In this document: positions 38,742-48,347 of the stretch, in pieces
How positions within the stretch are numbered: position 1 is the first letter of the stretch
Layout: the number at the start of each line of letters is the position of its first letter
Notes under the pieces: model-generated
What the model was told of the DNA's origin: nothing
Databases searched by the model: none
Seen by the model: only the letters and a program-made list of their open reading frames with translations
Assembly (NCBI GenBank): GCA_964631685.1
Contig: CAZVZU010000001.1
Span: 1-64,000 of the forward strand
Source of the DNA: an uncultured Actinomycetes bacterium
GTDB lineage: Bacteria > SZUA-79 > Acidulodesulfobacterales > Acidulodesulfobacteraceae
Reading direction: 5' to 3'
Length of the DNA stretch: 64,000 nucleotides
Position numbers and translations under genes: made by a program

Positions 38742-39794
38742 ATGTCTTTTTTTACCTTAAGGCTTAACGATAAAGATGATACGGTTGAGATGCTTGATCA
38801 GAGAAAACTTCCTTTAGATATAACATACGTTAAATTAAGCAGCTATAAAGATGTGCATGATGCTATAAGGGATATGATCATCAGAGGTGCGCCGGCTATA
38901 GGGGTGGCTGCCGCGTTCGGCTTGTATCTAGGGGCTAAATTTTTGTCTGAATCTATATTGCAATATGATAAATTCGAAAGTGAATTTTATAAAATTTGTG
39001 ATTTTATGTTTTCGGCAAGACCGACGGCTGTTAATTTGGGATGGGCAATAGACAAAATAAAATTGCTTGTATCAAAGGGTAGCGGCAAGACTGTAAACAG
39101 CGTGGTGAAAGACATAAGGGATGAATCGTTACGGATTTATAACGAAGATATACAGATTAATAAAAATATGGGTTCTCACGGAGCAAAGCTTTTAGAAGAT
39201 GGATTTACGGTTTTAACCCACTGCAATGCTGGGGCATTGGCTACGGCAGGCTATGGAACTGCTCTTGGAGTCATAAGGTCGGCTATTGAGGAAAATAAAA
39301 AAATATCGGTTATTTCTGATGAAACAAGACCATTTCTCCAGGGAGCAAGGCTTACCACATGGGAACTTATGGAAGATGATATACCGGTTACATTAATTGC
39401 TGATAATTCCGCCGGTCTTTTGATGAGAATGGGAAAAATTAATGCGGTGATAGTCGGTGCCGATAGAATAGCTTCAAACGGTGATGTTGCCAATAAAATT
39501 GGAACGTATCAGGTTGCCGTTCTTGCGACGGAAAACAATATTCCTTTTTATGTTGCGGCGCCTCTTTCTACTATAGATTTGAAGCTAAATTCCGGTGATG
39601 AAATTCCCATAGAGGAAAGAGATGCCACCGAGATTACCAACGTGTTTGGAAAAAGAATAGCTCCGAACAACATTAATGTACTAAACTATACCTTTGATAT
39701 AACCCCAAATAAATATATAGGGGCAATTATAACGGAAAAAGGGATCTTATATCCACCATATGAAAAATCTATTGCGAAAATATTCGGCAAATGA
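38742..39794 (+). CDS. mtnA: Methylthioribose-1-phosphate isomerase
   Basis: IRGAPAIG, RPTAVNL, THCNAGALAT, ETRPFLQGARLT. Confidence 0.97.
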   Translation: MSFFTLRLNDKDDTVEMLDQRKLPLDITYVKLSSYKDVHDAIRDMIIRGAPAIGVAAAFGLYLGAKFLSESILQYDKFESEFYKICDFMFSARPTAVNLGWAIDKIKLLVSKGSGKTVNSVVKDIRDESLRIYNEDIQINKNMGSHGAKLLEDGFTVLTHCNAGALATAGYGTALGVIRSAIEENKKISVISDETRPFLQGARLTTWELMEDDIPVTLIADNSAGLLMRMGKINAVIVGADRIASNGDVANKIGTYQVAVLATENNIPFYVAAPLSTIDLKLNSGDEIPIEERDATEITNVFGKRIAPNNINVLNYTFDITPNKYIGAIITEKGILYPPYEKSIAKIFGK

Positions 39795-39851
39795 TAGAAT
39801 ACCATTATCATATTTGTAATTCATATAAATAGAATATCTTAAAGAGAGGCA

Positions 39852-40802
39852 ATGAGCAATATTAACGAAGAAAGTAGTCCGTTTGTAGGGTCCAAGTGTT
39901 GGATGGACGGAAAGTTTCTTGATTATAAGGACGCAAATGTTCCGGTAAACAGTCATTCATTGCATTACGGATTGGGGGCTTTTGAGGGTATAAGGTGTTA
40001 CGAGACAAAATCGGGTAAACCGGCTATCTTCAGGCTTGACGAACACATAGATAGGCTCTATAGCTCTTGCCATATACTCCAAATATCTATTCCTTACACA
40101 AAGAAAGAGGTTAAGGATGCCATAATTAAGGTTGTTAAGTTAAATAAGTTTAAGGGGTGCTATATAAGGCCGCTTGTATTTGTGGGAGACAGAGACGGTT
40201 TAGGTATTTTTATTAAAGATTACGATACGAGGGTTGCAGTGTCCGCATGGTTTTGGGGAGCCTATCTTGGAGATGAGGCTCTTAAGACGGGAATTAGGGC
40301 CAAGGTGTCGTCTTATGCAAGATTCCATGTGAACACATTTATGGGTATGTCGAAATCAACGGGGCAATATATTAATTCCATACTTGCTAAAAAAGAGGTT
40401 GTTAACTCCGGCTACGATGAAGCTATTATGCTTGACACATCCGGATTTGTATGCGAGGCGACGGGGGAAAATGTTTTTATCTATTCAGGTGGTTGCATAA
40501 AAACGCCTCCTTTATCGTCTGTTTTGCCCGGTATCACAAGGGATAGTGTTATAGAAATAATGCAGGAAGAAATGGGTTTAAAAATTGAGCAAGAAAGGGT
40601 TACTAGAGATGAGCTCTATATTGCTGATGAGCTTTTCTTGACTGGTACAGCCGCGGAGGTTACGCCTGTAAGGGAAGTTGACGATAGAGAGATTGGCTCC
40701 GGAAAAGCCGGCAAGATCGCATTAGAGCTTCAAGAAAAGTTTTTTAATATTGTAAAGGGCGGAGACAAGAAATATAAGAAGTGGCTGACATATGTCGGAT
40801 AG
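39852..40802 (+). CDS. ilvE: Branched-chain amino acid aminotransferase
   Basis: HSLHYG..AFEGIRCY, LPGITR, GTAAEVTP. Confidence 0.96.
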   Translation: MSNINEESSPFVGSKCWMDGKFLDYKDANVPVNSHSLHYGLGAFEGIRCYETKSGKPAIFRLDEHIDRLYSSCHILQISIPYTKKEVKDAIIKVVKLNKFKGCYIRPLVFVGDRDGLGIFIKDYDTRVAVSAWFWGAYLGDEALKTGIRAKVSSYARFHVNTFMGMSKSTGQYINSILAKKEVVNSGYDEAIMLDTSGFVCEATGENVFIYSGGCIKTPPLSSVLPGITRDSVIEIMQEEMGLKIEQERVTRDELYIADELFLTGTAAEVTPVREVDDREIGSGKAGKIALELQEKFFNIVKGGDKKYKKWLTYVG

Positions 40803-40821
40803 CTATGCCCTTATAATAATG

Positions 40822-41577
40822 TTATTTATATTTTTCAATGTAGTATTTATTTTTGTTAAGAAAGATTTGAATTAGTTCGATGAGCATGGGTATGGAATCT
40901 GCCACTATGTTTACATGTCCTCCGGGTTTGTGATGCCACTCTACACTTACCTCTTTTATATTGATATTGTTTAGCAGTGCAATGTAGAGCACCTCTACAT
41001 CAAAAGAAAATCCCTTTATAACAGATTTAGAAAATATTCTTTTTCCTGTATCTAACCTGAATGCCTTAAATCCACATTGAGAATCATAAAAATTAATTCC
41101 TAAAAGCTTCGATTTGGTAAAGCTAAATGTCTTTCCGACAAAATTTCTAAAAAGGGGCTGGACTATAACCGAGTCATCGGGTAAATAGCGCGAGCCTATT
41201 ATAATATCGATATTTTTTTCTTTTTGAAAAATATTAATAAACTTTGTGATTTCTTGAACTCCGGTCGACAAATCAGCATCCATAAAAAATACCAACTCAT
41301 GGTTAGCAGATAGTATACCCTCTTTTACAGCCGTTCCCTTACCAACCTTTGTAATCGTTATAATCCGCAAGTCGGATGTAAGCATATCTTTTAATATGTT
41401 TAACGTTCCGTCTGTGCTCCCGTCGTCAACAACGATTATCTCATACGAGTACTTTTTTGATTTTAAATAAGACCTAATCTCTGATATGGTCTGCCCAATC
41501 CTTTTTTCTTCATTATATGCAGGGATGACTACGGAGATCCCTATCTTGTCAGATTTTTGAATGCTATTGTCAGGCAT
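40822..41577 (-). CDS. GT2 glycosyltransferase (dolichyl-phosphate beta-glucosyltransferase-like)
   Basis: VVIPAYNE, VDDGSTD, GKG.AV, DADLS, DSQCGFK, FDVE. Confidence 0.9.
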   Translation of the reverse strand: MPDNSIQKSDKIGISVVIPAYNEEKRIGQTISEIRSYLKSKKYSYEIIVVDDGSTDGTLNILKDMLTSDLRIITITKVGKGTAVKEGILSANHELVFFMDADLSTGVQEITKFINIFQKEKNIDIIIGSRYLPDDSVIVQPLFRNFVGKTFSFTKSKLLGINFYDSQCGFKAFRLDTGKRIFSKSVIKGFSFDVEVLYIALLNNINIKEVSVEWHHKPGGHVNIVADSIPMLIELIQIFLNKNKYYIEKYK

Positions 41578-41906
41578 TGATATGATTTAAATAAATGTAT
41601 GATATATATTACGCAATTTGATATAATAAACCGGCTAAACAAGCCGAATAATCTATATTCAACTTAACATAACAAATTTTTTTATTCAAGTTAATAATAT
41701 ATTTCAAAAAAATCATAAAATATTGTATAACAGAATATGACATGCCTAAAAAGTCTAAATTCGTAATTCTCTTGACTATAAATTATTTGAAGGAAATAAT
41801 ATCGCGCGGTATAGAAATATATGCACATATAAAAACCTATCCTTATTTTATCCGTAAGGAAAATTAAGGTCAAACTTTTTTATTAACTTGTCAATCTCAT
41901 GTATAA

Positions 41907-42980
41907 ATGAATAGCAACCGTATAGACAATATTCTGATCATAAAATTAAGCTCTATAGGCGATTGTCTGCTTGCGACCCCTGCGATAGAATCTATAAGGA
42001 GGAGGTACCCGGATAGTTTTATTGCATGGCTTATAGAGGGTAAGTCAAAGGATATCGCTTTATTAAATCCTCATGTAGATGAAGTGCTAGTAATCAATAA
42101 AGACAAATTTAAAATTCGTGATTATTTTTCTTTAATAAAAAAATTAAGAAGGCGTAAGTTTGATTTAGCGATTGATTTGCAGGGCGTTGACAGGACATCT
42201 ATTTTTTCATTCTTGAGTGGTGCCAAGATGAGATATGTGGTGGAGTACGCAAAGTTGAGTTTCTTGAGCACTAAAAAGATTAATAAAGAAGGACGGCCGA
42301 TTGAGCATGCCGTTGATTTTTACCTATTTCTTGCTGAAAAGTGCGGCGGCAAAAAAATATCTAATGTTAATCTTACACTTGTTACCGGCAAAGAGGATAA
42401 AAAATTTGCTGATGTTTTTTTAGATGGTAATTTTAGTATAAGGCGTAATAATATATTTGTAGGTATAAATCCGGCAGGAACATGGAAAACAAAAAGGTGG
42501 CCGATTAAATATTTTATAGAACTTTCCAAAAGACTTATTTCTTCTTTTGATCTAAATATGGTTATTTTTGGCGGTAAAGGCGATGAGTCTCTTGCGCAGG
42601 ATATTTTAAAAGGGGTTAGCAGTGATAATATCAAAAGTGTTGTGTCCAAGACTACGCTAAAACAAGCAAAGGAACTTCTCGCAAGAATGGATTACTTTAT
42701 AACACCTGACAGTGGTTTAATGCATATCGCCTCTAGTATTGAAAGCCTTAAGACAATTGCATTGTTTGGGTCAACTGACCCCGCTCTTACTGGACCCTTT
42801 GGGGTTAATAATGTAGTTTTAAGGGATAACCTGTATTGCATGCCCTGCTTTAAAAAGGAATGCCCGCTTAATAAGATTGAAAATGAAAACTTTAAGGAGT
42901 GTGTTTTGTGTATGAGAAGAATTACTCCAGATATAGTTTTCGATGTGATAAACAAAGATATTCAGGGGAATAACACATAA
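41907..42980 (+). CDS. GT9 LPS heptosyltransferase (WaaC/WaaF family)
   Basis: KLSSIGD, DLQG, TKRWP, DSGLMH, LFGST. Confidence 0.92.
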   Translation: MNSNRIDNILIIKLSSIGDCLLATPAIESIRRRYPDSFIAWLIEGKSKDIALLNPHVDEVLVINKDKFKIRDYFSLIKKLRRRKFDLAIDLQGVDRTSIFSFLSGAKMRYVVEYAKLSFLSTKKINKEGRPIEHAVDFYLFLAEKCGGKKISNVNLTLVTGKEDKKFADVFLDGNFSIRRNNIFVGINPAGTWKTKRWPIKYFIELSKRLISSFDLNMVIFGGKGDESLAQDILKGVSSDNIKSVVSKTTLKQAKELLARMDYFITPDSGLMHIASSIESLKTIALFGSTDPALTGPFGVNNVVLRDNLYCMPCFKKECPLNKIENENFKECVLCMRRITPDIVFDVINKDIQGNNT

Positions 42981-42987
42981 AATATTC

Positions 42988-44067
42988 ATGGCTAACAAAA
43001 ACAATAATAACAATTTTTTGATATTTGCTAATAATTATATTGGTGATACGCTGATGTTGACACCAGCTATCAGGGCGCTTAAATCTAAATTTTCGGAAAG
43101 TAAAATTATTGTTGTGGTGTCCAAGGGCGCATCTCCTGTTTTAAAAAGAAATTCCGATATATGGAAAGTAGTTGAGACTGAAAAAATTAGAGGGATATGG
43201 GGTATATTGGGCGTTTTGGGTCTTTTCCTGAAATTAAGAAAATTAAAATCAAAAGAGTTGAATATAAAAAAATTTTATGTCTGTATTAATTTTTTAAGAT
43301 CCTTCAAGTTTGCTATTATGGGTGCTTTACTCTCTAAAAGACAGGTCGGGGAAGACAGAAGATTGAATAATTTTTTTTTTCACGATAAAATTGGTTTAGA
43401 TAAAAGTTTACATAATATCGATAAGTCCCTTAAATTTGCCGAGCTGTTTTATGCAAAACGCGAACACTTAAGCAGAAGTTGTATTTATAATGTATATGCA
43501 GACGATATAAAAAATGCCAAGAATATCCTAAAAAATTATTTTAAGGATTATGACGATAATTTTAAGATGGTTTTATTTGCTCCGGGCTCAACAAGAAAAT
43601 CAAAAGAGGCAAATCCCGAAACTTTTTCTCTTTTTGCTGATTACTTAAATAACATAGGGTACCACATAGTTGTAACAGGTGCTAAAAAAGATGTAGATTT
43701 ATCCGGAGAAATATTCAATAATATTACGAATAAGCGTCTTTGCATTGATGTAACGGGTCTAACTGATATTTATATACTTGGCGGATTAATAAAACTTTCC
43801 TCCCTTGTCGTCAGTGTAGATAATGGGACTATGCATCTATCGTCTGCAATAAAGGTTCCCTTAATAGCCCTTTTTGGATCCACAGATCCTACTATTTGCG
43901 GTCCTATTTCGGAAAATAGCTATGTGATAGATAAAAAAAAAGAATGTTATCATTGCTTTAAATATAATTGTTCAAGGGAAAGTTTTAATAAAAATGGTTT
44001 TCCGGACTGTATGGGATTTATAGTTCTGGATGATTTAGTAGAAGGGACAAAGAGGGTATTAAAATGA
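42988..44067 (+). CDS. GT9 LPS heptosyltransferase (WaaF family)
   Basis: NYIGDTLM, DNGTMH, LFGSTDP. Confidence 0.88.
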   Translation: MANKNNNNNFLIFANNYIGDTLMLTPAIRALKSKFSESKIIVVVSKGASPVLKRNSDIWKVVETEKIRGIWGILGVLGLFLKLRKLKSKELNIKKFYVCINFLRSFKFAIMGALLSKRQVGEDRRLNNFFFHDKIGLDKSLHNIDKSLKFAELFYAKREHLSRSCIYNVYADDIKNAKNILKNYFKDYDDNFKMVLFAPGSTRKSKEANPETFSLFADYLNNIGYHIVVTGAKKDVDLSGEIFNNITNKRLCIDVTGLTDIYILGGLIKLSSLVVSVDNGTMHLSSAIKVPLIALFGSTDPTICGPISENSYVIDKKKECYHCFKYNCSRESFNKNGFPDCMGFIVLDDLVEGTKRVLK

Positions 44068-45023
44068 GAATTTCAGGATTTACTTTTATCAGAAACGGCA
44101 CTCTAATGGGATATCCATTTATAGAGTCTATTAAATCGGCGCTTCCGTTGTGCGATGAATTTATTGCGGTTGCTTGTGAGAGTTCTGATAACACAAAACA
44201 GAAGTTAGAAGAATTAAGCGATGAAAATCCGAAGATTAAAATTATATACTCCGACTGGAATGTCAAAAGAAAAAGCGGGGCTATTTTATCTGAAAAAACC
44301 AATATTGCTATAAAAAATATTAGCGGGGACTACGGCTTATATATTCAGTGCGATGAGGGGCTGCACGAAAAGGATTATGAAGGAATAATCGAGACGCTGG
44401 AGCGTAATTTAAATAATAATGAGATAAAAGGGTTTGTTTTTGATTATATACATTTTTTTGGGGGATATTTTTCATATGCTAAGAAAACGGAAAAAAAATT
44501 CTTTTACGATAAAGAGGTGCGTATAATAAGAAATGACGGCACAGTCTTTTCATGGGGCGATGCAATGGGTTTTAAGGACATAAACGGCATGAAGATAAAT
44601 ATAGAAAATAAAAATGCCGTTGAGCTTAATGCAAGGGTGTATCATTACGGCAGGGCAAAAAATCCTATTGGTATGTATAATAAAGATAAGGAGATGGAGA
44701 GACTTTATAACCATAATATAATAAATACTTTAAAAAACTGGGTTTCTAATTATAGTCCACGTGTCGATAAATATATTTACTCCGATTTTAACTGGCTCGA
44801 AAGGATAGACAGGAATAATTTGGGATTTCACCCCGCGCCCTTTAGAGAACTTGCGAGGATGCAGGATTGGGATGTTGATGATTTCAAGATGTTTAGAAAA
44901 GAGAAAAAGGGCATAAAACAGTTTTTTCGCATGATTGTATATAAAATGGTTAAGGATGTCATAAATGAAACATCTAACGCGATAAAAAAAATATTATCAC
45001 TTCTAAACAATAACAAAATTTAA
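44064..45023 (+). CDS. GT2-like glycosyltransferase
   Basis: ISGFTFIRNG..MGYPFIESIKSALPLCDE, YIQCDE, YHYG; inside LPS cluster. Confidence 0.8.
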   Translation: MRISGFTFIRNGTLMGYPFIESIKSALPLCDEFIAVACESSDNTKQKLEELSDENPKIKIIYSDWNVKRKSGAILSEKTNIAIKNISGDYGLYIQCDEGLHEKDYEGIIETLERNLNNNEIKGFVFDYIHFFGGYFSYAKKTEKKFFYDKEVRIIRNDGTVFSWGDAMGFKDINGMKINIENKNAVELNARVYHYGRAKNPIGMYNKDKEMERLYNHNIINTLKNWVSNYSPRVDKYIYSDFNWLERIDRNNLGFHPAPFRELARMQDWDVDDFKMFRKEKKGIKQFFRMIVYKMVKDVINETSNAIKKILSLLNNNKI

Positions 45024-45030
45024 ATAAAAG

Positions 45031-46152
45031 ATGAAGATATTAGAGTTCATAACCCCTTCTAATGTAGGGGGTGCGGAAAATTACCTGGTGAATCTTGCGG
45101 GTAAACTTAAAAAAAAAGGGCACGACGTATATATTTTATCTTCCAAACCGCGCAATAGTAAAAATCAAGATTTATCTGTCAAGGAACTCTTTGGCAAAAG
45201 CGGACTCCCGTTAAAGATGATAAACATTGATTTTAAGTACAGCCCTATTGTCATTCTTAGAATACTGTATTTTTCGAAAAAGAACAATATAGAGATAATA
45301 CATACTAATCTTTCCAGGGCAAACATAATCGGAGCTATTGTAGCAAAAATCTTAGGGATTAAGTCTGTGGCGACGGCACACGGGTTAAATAAGAGGTCTC
45401 AATATAAATATGTAGACCGTACCATATGTGTATCTGATGCTGTTAAGAGACATCTTTTAATGCAGGGTATGAATGAAAAACGGCTTAATGTGATATATAA
45501 CGGAATAGATACAGATAAGTTTAATCCGGCGGCGGAAGGATTGCAGAGAAGAATTTTAAAAAGAAACATTACTGATAAAAATAATAAAGAATGCACTGCA
45601 TTTAATGTAGGAATGATTGCACGATTGTCCCGTGAAAAGGGAGTAGACCTATTTTTAGAAGCGGCACGCTCTGTGTTAAAGGAGCTTCCATGCGCAAAAT
45701 TTTTTATTGCGGGAAGTGGCGCGTTAAAAAGGGAGTTGATAAAAAAAGCCGACAATTTGGGGATAGGTAATTCGGTCTACTTTTTAGGGTTTGTGGGGAA
45801 TAATTTAGTTTCTTTTATAAATGAACTAGATGTTGTTGTTTTCCCTTCGTCAAAAGAGGGATTACCACTTTCCCTTATTGAATCTATGTCCATGGAAAAG
45901 GTCGTAATAGTTTCTGATGCCGGCGGAATGTCCGAGGTTGTACAAGATGGCAAAAACGGTTTTGTGGTGAAAAAAGGGGATATAGATAGTATTTATCAAA
46001 AATTGATTTTTGTGTGTAATAACAGAGATATCGCCAAAGATATAAGTAGAGAGGCCAGAAAAACCGTAGTGGAAAGATTTAATATAGATATCATGGCGGA
46101 CAAAACCGAAGATTTGTTTAAAACTATTTTACGTGGTAAGGAAGAATTATGA
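45031..46152 (+). CDS. GT4 glycosyltransferase
   Basis: GGAE, IYNGID, RLSREKG, EGLPLSLIESM. Confidence 0.92.
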   Translation: MKILEFITPSNVGGAENYLVNLAGKLKKKGHDVYILSSKPRNSKNQDLSVKELFGKSGLPLKMINIDFKYSPIVILRILYFSKKNNIEIIHTNLSRANIIGAIVAKILGIKSVATAHGLNKRSQYKYVDRTICVSDAVKRHLLMQGMNEKRLNVIYNGIDTDKFNPAAEGLQRRILKRNITDKNNKECTAFNVGMIARLSREKGVDLFLEAARSVLKELPCAKFFIAGSGALKRELIKKADNLGIGNSVYFLGFVGNNLVSFINELDVVVFPSSKEGLPLSLIESMSMEKVVIVSDAGGMSEVVQDGKNGFVVKKGDIDSIYQKLIFVCNNRDIAKDISREARKTVVERFNIDIMADKTEDLFKTILRGKEEL

Positions 46153-47129
46153 ATGAAAATTTGTTAGATATCGTGAAAAGGTTTAATAAAGCAAGGATAC
46201 TTGTCATAGGTGATGTTATGGTTGATCATTTCATTTATGGGACGGTTAGCAGGATATCCCCTGAAGCACCTGTTCCTGTGGTAAATGTTCAGTCTGAAGA
46301 ATTAATGCTTGGTGGTGCTGCCAATGTTGTAAATAATGCAGCTAAACTGGGTGCAAGCGTACACGTTTTCGGTATTGTCGGAAATGATCATAACGGTGAT
46401 ATCCTTAAGCAATTAATTAATAAGGACAATGTTAATTCCGAAGGCATATTGACCATTGATGGTTTTCAAACAATTACAAAGACAAGAATAATTGCGCATA
46501 ATCAACAAATAGTGAGATTCGACAAGGAATACAACGGAAAATTTAAACAGCATGCATATAAGGTGCTTATTTCCAATATTAAAAAGGTTGTTGACGATAT
46601 CGATGCTGTTATAATTTCAGATTACGGTAAGGGATTAATAGAAAGAAAATTCTTTTCGATAATAGTGAGTTTTTTTAAAGAAAAAGGTAAATTCGTGTCC
46701 CTTGATCCAAAGGTCGAAAATTTCAAATTTTATAAAAATGTTTCAATCTTAACACCCAATATAAATGAGGCATTCGGCGGATCAGGGGTTAAAATAAAAG
46801 ATGAAAAAACCCTTGTCAGGGCGAGTAAAGCAATATTTAAAAGGGTGAAGCCTGAATATTTACTTATCACAAAAGGTGAAGCGGGTATGTCGCTGTTTTA
46901 TCAAGATAGTAAATTTGAGCATTTAAATGCTCGTGCTAAAAAGGTTTATGATGTTACTGGTGCAGGGGATACGGTTATTTCTACTCTCACTGTAGCTAAA
47001 GGTGTTGGTGCAAGTATTTATGAAGCTTGTTGTATTGCGAATATCGCTGCAAGTATTGCCGTTTCGCAATTAGGAACATACGCGGTCAGCATGGATGAAT
47101 TAAGTAAAATTTTGTCGGAACTGGTATAA
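46149..47129 (+). CDS. rfaE1: D-glycero-beta-D-manno-heptose-7-phosphate kinase (standalone HldE domain I)
   Basis: RISPEAPVPV, GGAANV, SDYGKG, DVTGAGDT. Confidence 0.93.
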   Translation: MNENLLDIVKRFNKARILVIGDVMVDHFIYGTVSRISPEAPVPVVNVQSEELMLGGAANVVNNAAKLGASVHVFGIVGNDHNGDILKQLINKDNVNSEGILTIDGFQTITKTRIIAHNQQIVRFDKEYNGKFKQHAYKVLISNIKKVVDDIDAVIISDYGKGLIERKFFSIIVSFFKEKGKFVSLDPKVENFKFYKNVSILTPNINEAFGGSGVKIKDEKTLVRASKAIFKRVKPEYLLITKGEAGMSLFYQDSKFEHLNARAKKVYDVTGAGDTVISTLTVAKGVGASIYEACCIANIAASIAVSQLGTYAVSMDELSKILSELV

Positions 47130-47227
47130 TTCTAAATCACGCAATTGTATTGAATTTTTATTTTAATATGTGTTATAATGAAAGTAGATACAACAATGTT
47201 ATATAATGTGAGTGAGCTGTCTTATAG

Positions 47228-47473
47228 ATGCAAAAATTAATTAACATCGGGTTTGGCAATGTTGTAGTACAAAGCAGGATTGTTGCAGTTGTTTCCCCTA
47301 GTTCTTCACCTATGAAAAGATTGAGAGAAACCGCAAAAGATGGAAATAATCTAGTCGATGCTACAGAGGGAAGAAAGACAAGGTCGGTTATTATCACTGA
47401 TTCCGGACATATTGTTCTTTCGGCTTTAAATACGTCAACCATAATTGCAAGGTTAGAGAAGGATGACAAATAA
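47228..47473 (+). CDS. remA: RemA / DUF370 family protein
   Basis: LINIGFGNVV...DATEGRKTRSVIITDSGHIVLSA; upstream of gmk. Confidence 0.92.
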   Translation: MQKLINIGFGNVVVQSRIVAVVSPSSSPMKRLRETAKDGNNLVDATEGRKTRSVIITDSGHIVLSALNTSTIIARLEKDDK

Positions 47474-48107
47474 GGGTTTGGCGGATCAGGATTTATCATT
47501 AGACGGTTGTCCAAGAGGATTTGTTATTGCAGTTTCCGCTCCTTCGGGCGCAGGAAAAACCACTCTTTGCAATATGCTTACAAAGGAATTTAGTGATATA
47601 ATGCTGAGCGTGTCTTATACTACGAGATTACAGAGAACAGATGAAGTAGATGGCGTTAGTTATCATTTTATTGATGATGCTGAGTTTGACAAGATGGTAG
47701 CCGCTGACGAATTCATAGAGTGGGCTAATGTTTTTGGCAAAAGGTATGGGACTGCATATAAATCTATGACAGTTGGTAGTGGTTTAAGCGATATCCTTTT
47801 GGAGATAGATGTTCAGGGCGTTGAAAAACTTATAAAATATTACAGGGATAGGGAGACTTCCAATACATTAATCACCGTATTTGTAAAACCGCCCTCATAT
47901 GCTGATTTAAGAGATAGATTAACGAAAAGAGGCGGCATGAGTGGCGAAGAACTAAAGAGGCGGCATGAGTTCTCCCGTGCCGAAATGGAACAAAGTAAGA
48001 TGTACGACTATATAATTACCAACGACGATTTAGATAAGGCATATTTAAAATTAAAGTCTATTATAATTGCCGAACGATGCAGAAATATTAGTAAATATAA
48101 AAAATAA
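47463..48107 (+). CDS. gmk: Guanylate kinase
   Basis: APSGAGKTT, SYTTR, YGT, EIDVQG. Confidence 0.96.
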   Translation: MTNKGLADQDLSLDGCPRGFVIAVSAPSGAGKTTLCNMLTKEFSDIMLSVSYTTRLQRTDEVDGVSYHFIDDAEFDKMVAADEFIEWANVFGKRYGTAYKSMTVGSGLSDILLEIDVQGVEKLIKYYRDRETSNTLITVFVKPPSYADLRDRLTKRGGMSGEELKRRHEFSRAEMEQSKMYDYIITNDDLDKAYLKLKSIIIAERCRNISKYKK

Positions 48108-48125
48108 ATTAAGGGGATAAATTAA

Positions 48126-48317
48126 ATGGCAAGAGTTACGATAGAAGATTGTTTGTTAAATGTAGAAAATAGGTTTGCACTTGTCGTGATAGCGACTAAA
48201 AGAGCCAGACAGCTTATTGAGGGTGCTCAACCGAAGGTAGTAAGCAAGAATAAATTCGTAGTTGTATCCTTAAGAGAAATCGCACAAGGATATGTTAAGG
48301 TAAAGTCTGCCGATTAA
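48126..48317 (+). CDS. rpoZ: RNA polymerase omega subunit
   Basis: [18 protein letters not shown]...KRARQL. Confidence 0.96.
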   Translation: MARVTIEDCLLNVENRFALVVIATKRARQLIEGAQPKVVSKNKFVVVSLREIAQGYVKVKSAD

Positions 48318-48347
48318 CTTGCTTTTTATAATACCAAAAATTATACC

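Noticed and set aside
41578..41906. Long AT-rich intergenic region and the 60-aa ORF at 41691-41873 as an sRNA or small gene
   Set aside because: No RBS, stable structure or known RNA motif was seen. It is adequately explained as a divergent promoter region.
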